Shown piece by piece: positions 59,588 through 64,000 of a DNA stretch of 64,000 nt. The translations under genes were made by a program, and so were the position numbers. The stretch is from positions 1,364,001 through 1,428,000 of the forward strand of contig NC_067398.1 in the NCBI RefSeq assembly GCF_016432865.1. The letters are read 5' to 3'. The number at the start of each line of letters is the position of its first letter. The stretch's first letter is position 1. Source of the DNA: Antechinus flavipes (Eukaryota). The notes below the pieces were generated by a model that did not search any database, was not told the origin of the DNA, and saw only the letters and a list, made by a program, of their open reading frames with translations.

Positions 59588-60125
59588 TGTTAGGGATCCC
59601 CAGGTCGGAGTTGCAGATATGTCAAAAGAATTTGAAAACTCTGTTTCCAAGTTAAGGGGCAAAGATTTATTATGCTGACTACAGTGGGCTAAGTTCCAAA
59701 AAGGATTAGAAAAGAACCAGGAGAAAGAAGGTAAATTTATAGGACAAAGGTAGAGAGACTAGAGCTTCATGTTATTTATTTGCTAATTTTACAGCTTACA
59801 GGTAGATTTAAAGGATGGTCTATTCACTATTGTCTCAGAACTGGGTTATCACTGACCAACAGATTATCTATCTGACAGTCAATAATGTTTATAGGAGTAT
59901 CTTAAGGTCAGAAGACTTTAGAATCACTGACAAATTGCTAGAGCAATAACATTCTAAGGTCCGAGGACCTCATAATTACTGCTATATCTTCCCTAAAGTC
60001 TAGGGGAAAATATTTTTATATTTCTAAGGCCAGAAGACTTTAGAATTATTGATAGACATAGTTTTAGAACAAAAGCACTCTAAGGTCAGGGGACCTCAGG
60101 GTCCCCTATAGAAACTACCCCATCA
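59588..60125 (-). mobile_element. Probable solo LTR of a different family
   Basis: About 540 bp TG...CA block with a minus-strand AATAAA (tttatt near 59665) and internal duplicated motifs (CTAAGGTCAGAAGACTTTAGAAT-like twice, CTAAGGTC..GGACCTCA twice). No TSD seen. Confidence 0.5.
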
Positions 60126-60129
60126 CTCT

Positions 60130-61830
60130 GATTCCCCCCTTCCCTAGACAGTAAACAATCTGTTATAGATTATGCATGTGTAATCATATAAAACATTTCC
60201 ATATTAGCCATTTTATACAAGAAGACTTGAATAAAAGAAAAATAAAAATCACAGGCTTTATGCTATATTCAGAAATATAATTTTTTTTTTGGATATAGAT
60301 AGCATTTTCATCCTTAATTCTTTTGGATTGTCTTGGATCATTGTATTTCTGAGAATAGCCAAGTCACTCTGAGTTCATCATACAATATTGCTGTTACTGT
60401 GTATAACATTCTCCTGATTCTACTCACTTTACTTTGCATCATTCTTGTGAGTCTTTCCAGGTTTTTCTGAAATCATCCTTCTTGTCATTTCTTATAGCAC
60501 AATAATATTCCATCACAACCATATGACATAACTTGTTTAGCCATTCCCCAATTGATGGGCATCCCTTTGATTTCCAGTTCTTAGCCATACAATAAGAGTT
60601 GCTGGAAATATATTTGTACAAGTAGGTCCTTTTCCTTATCCTGTTTCTTTGTAGTCCATTTGAGAGGTGTGAGGTAGTACCTCAGAGTTGCCTTAATTTG
60701 CATTTTTCTAATCAATAATGATTTAGAGCATTTTTCATATGGCTAGAAATAATTTTAATTTCATCACCTGAAAATTGCTCGTTCATATCCTTTGACCATT
60801 CATCAATTGGGCAATGGCATATATATATATAATTATAGCTTTTTATTTACAAGTTATGCATAGGTAATTTTACAATGCTGTAAATAAAAAGCTATAATAA
60901 TAATATATATGTTATTATTATTATAGCTTTTTATTTACAAGTTATGCATAGGTAATTTTACAGCATTGACCTTTTGTTCCAATTTTTGCCCTCCTTCTTC
61001 CCCACCCCTTCCCCCAGATGGCAGGTTGACCAATACATGTTAAATATGTTAAAGTATAAATTAAATACAATGTATGTATACATGTCCATACAGTTATTTT
61101 GCTGTACAAAAAGAGTCGGACTCTGAAATATTGTACAATTACCCCGTGAAGGAAATCAAAAATGCAGGTGGACAAAAATAGAGGGATTGGGAATTCTATG
61201 TAATGGTTCCTTAGTCATCTCCCAGAGTTCTTTTCCTGGGTGTAGCTGGTTCAGTGCATTACTGCCCCATTGGAATTGATTTGGTTCTTCTCATTGCTGG
61301 AAATGGCCACATCCATCAGAATTGATCGTTGTATCCTATTGTTGTTGAAGTATATAATGATGTCCTGGTCCTGCTCATTTCACTATCAGTTCGTGTAAGT
61401 CTCTCCAGGCCTTTCTGAAATCATCTTGCTGGTCATTTCTTACAGAACAATAATATTCCCTAACATTCATAGACCACAATTTATTCAGCCATTCTCCAAT
61501 TGAGGGGCATCTACTCAGTTTCCAGTTTCTGGCCACTACAAAGAGAGTCGCCACAAACATTCTTGAACATACAGGTCCCTTTCTCTTCTTTAAGATTTCT
61601 TTGGGATATAATGGCTTCTATTTTTATAAATTTGAGTCAATTTTCTATATATTTTAGAAATGAGGCTTTTATCAGAAACAACAGCTGTAAAATTCTCTCT
61701 TCCCCCCAGCTTTTTTTGCTTCCCTTTTAATCTTGGATGTATTGGTTTTGTTTGTAGAGAATCCTTTTAATTTAATGTAATCAAAATTAATATGATTTCC
61801 CTTATTAATGCTATTCTCTATCTTATCTAC
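60130..61830 (-). mobile_element. Older L1 with a younger L1 3' end (about 60819-61609) nested inside
   Basis: The host L1 breaks after GCAATGGC (60811-60818) and resumes at AATGGC (61610-61615). The insert encodes MFVATLFVVARNWKLSRCPSIGEWLNKLW on the minus strand. Confidence 0.8.
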
Positions 61831-62059
61831 CTTGGTGGATGTGCAGAGCCAGTCTTTTCCCTCCCTCACCCCATTTGGGTTTTCTTTGAAGTCTTTTTGA
61901 TTGGATTATAAGACATGTGACATATGCCTTTTGTGCTAGGCAACAGTATCCCTAGGCAAATTCAATCCTAGCTGAATGATTGGATATAATTTGTAGACAT
62001 TGACAGCTATTTAGGAAGTTGGGAAGAGATCTCCAATAGAGTTCCTCAGTGCTCTGCAC

Positions 62060-62345
62060 GTGACTCCCTCACTCTTCGAGAGGCAGGATAGGCTGGCCTC
62101 ATAATGAAATGACTTAGGGGTAGGGTCAGAAATATGTGGATTCAAGTTCCTCTTCTAACACTTACAAGCAATATGACCACAGACCAATCACTTAACTTCT
62201 CTAGTCCATAGCTTCTCTATCTGTAAAATGGGAAGAATGATCTGTCATTAGCTATCTATAATTTTGTCAGGTGGTTCAAATGAGATAATTTGTATCCGAT
62301 ACTTTGTAAATGATGTGGTTCTCTATAAATGTCAGTAATTGTTAT
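62060..62345 (+). mobile_element. MIR SINE
   Basis: TGGATTCAAGTTCCTCTTCTAACACTTAC...CACTTAACTTCTCT...CTATCTGTAAAATGGG...CAAATGAGATAAT. Confidence 0.7.
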
Positions 62346-62429
62346 TTACCATTTTAATTAATGACTTACACAAAAGCACAAACGTCCAGCTTGTCATATC
62401 TGTAGGAGAATTCAGTGGACAACAAAGTC

Positions 62430-62900
62430 TGCAACCATAAGTATCTCGACAGATAGAACACTAACAAATCTAAGAAGAGGAAATTTAATTGGGATGCTGT
62501 AGATTTACAAGAGGGCTCAAAAAGGACTAAACAAGTATGAGATGAGGGAGATGAGATTGGATAGCAGTTTGCTTAGAAAACATTCTGGGGTTTAGTGGAT
62601 TGCAAACTCAAACTGAGTCAATAGTGTGAAAGATTAGCCGAGTCGTTAAAGATGAACAACAAGATCGGCAACATTAACATCATCATCACCACCACCATCA
62701 TCGTCTTCATCATCACATCAGCAACATAATACAACGATTATTCTAGGCAGTTCTGAGAGAGGCGTTCTAGTAGCTCATTAGGACCAGGGAGAGACAGACC
62801 TACGGAGTCTGTCCCCTTTCTGTGCCCAGTCTTTGCCATCTTATTTTAGGAAGGACACGAGAAAGCAGAAACCCTCCAGAGAGAGCGGCTCATAGAAAGG
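62430..62900 (+). mobile_element. L3/CR1 LINE 3' fragment
   Basis: CTGGGGTTTAGTGGATTGCAAACTCAAACTGAGTCAATAGTGTGA resembles the CR1/L3 ORF2 3' consensus as I recall it. Confidence 0.55.
62678..62722. repeat. (CAT/CAC)n trinucleotide tract
   Basis: catcatcatcaccaccaccatcatcgtcttcatcatcacatca. Confidence 0.7.
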
Positions 62901-64000
62901 ATGCTTTTGAAAGCGTGCCTCTGGGAGGGACTGGCGGAGGAGGGGGGAGACTCTGAGCGCTGGCTCACAAGTCTACAGCTGCAGGAGTCATCAGCATTTA
63001 CTCACGGTGCCCGTCTTGTCTGTTAGTAGAACAGGCACTGGAGGGAGCTTGAGTCATGTATTATCACTGCATCTAATCCAGAGTCCATGGGAATGAAGCG
63101 AAATGCCAAGATTTTCCTCTTATTTCTGCAGTGTTTGAGGGAGTCCTGTCTGTGTCTGATTCCTTTCAACAGAAAGAGACCACGTCTCTCGGGGTCCTCC
63201 CTCCCTCCCGGGCCGTTCTTCAGCTCTTTGGCCCGATAGCAGAGCTCTGAGTAAGAGTCCCCGGCTCTCACAGGTGTCTCCTCCCCTCAGCCATCGGCTG
63301 GGCCCCCAGTTCAGTTCATGCCGCAGAAATGGGCCCGAAATCTTCCAGAAGCCCTTTGACATTTAGTGAGCTGCCATAAATTGGCTTGTTCAATAAACAT
63401 TAGGTTTATGTGGGGATGCAAAGGAGCCATGTCTGACTAAGAAACCTGATCTCTCTCGTGAGAGTGGAGCTGATGCCAGACATTACTCAGAGTCCACTCA
63501 TATCTCCTGGCAACTTTTGGGATCACGTGAAAGTGTGGGTGACGGAGCTCTGGGGAGCGGCTGGGATGAGGCAAGGGAACGAGGGTCCTGGGAGCCCTGC
63601 GCGGCTCACCCGGTGCGGGACGGGCTGCATGGAGACAGGAAAGGAGGTAACCTCTGCCATGCGAGAAGACGCAGCCATGAATAATCCTGCCAGGATGAAT
63701 GAGCCCTGTGCAGAGAGCGCACTGCAGGGCTGAGAGCGAGCACTTCTTTCAGTCATAAGCTTTCCCCTGCTGCGTCTGGAATTGCTCTCTGCACTAAAAA
63801 CCTTACTTAGTTTTCCTTGAATTTAAAAGACCTTCAGGAGCATCTGTAGTTTAGATGCAACAAGAAATTTTCTATGGAAAAAAAAAACCCTAAACTCAAA
63901 CCAAACGTGTAGATAATTTAGTAGACTATTAGTGGGCGTATTGCCAGGCAGCTCTCCTAGAGGACCTCCGAAGGAGTCTCAGAAAGTATCTGAATAAGGA

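Overview
Mammalian genomic DNA, almost certainly marsupial and probably a dasyurid, judged from the L1 3' ends, CORE-SINE/WSINE1- and MAR1-like SINEs and RTE-derived elements. I can support one protein-coding gene. It is an intact six-coding-exon TAPBPL (TAPBPR, the tapasin-related MHC-I peptide editor) on the + strand, ATG 26751 to TAG 31026, about 431 aa. It has canonical phase-1 GT-AG introns, paired ISRE/IRF motifs in the promoter and an AATAAA at 32084. The MHC-I contact residues match human TAPBPR. Differences from human are a cytoplasmic tail cut to RRRRG*, a remodelled editing loop, an extra luminal Cys and an in-frame upstream ATG. I could not find the human neighbours CD27 or VAMP1 in the window. 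The first ~35 kb is GC/CpG-rich and carries many local minisatellites, several with higher-order structure and apparently seeded from the CORE-SINE core. The last ~28 kb is AT-richer and filled with mostly minus-strand, often nested L1 fragments. Two related ~560-bp solo LTRs flank TAPBPL in inverted orientation. Ten short N-runs sit next to simple repeats. All comparisons with human proteins and repeat consensuses are from memory and by eye; no search was run.
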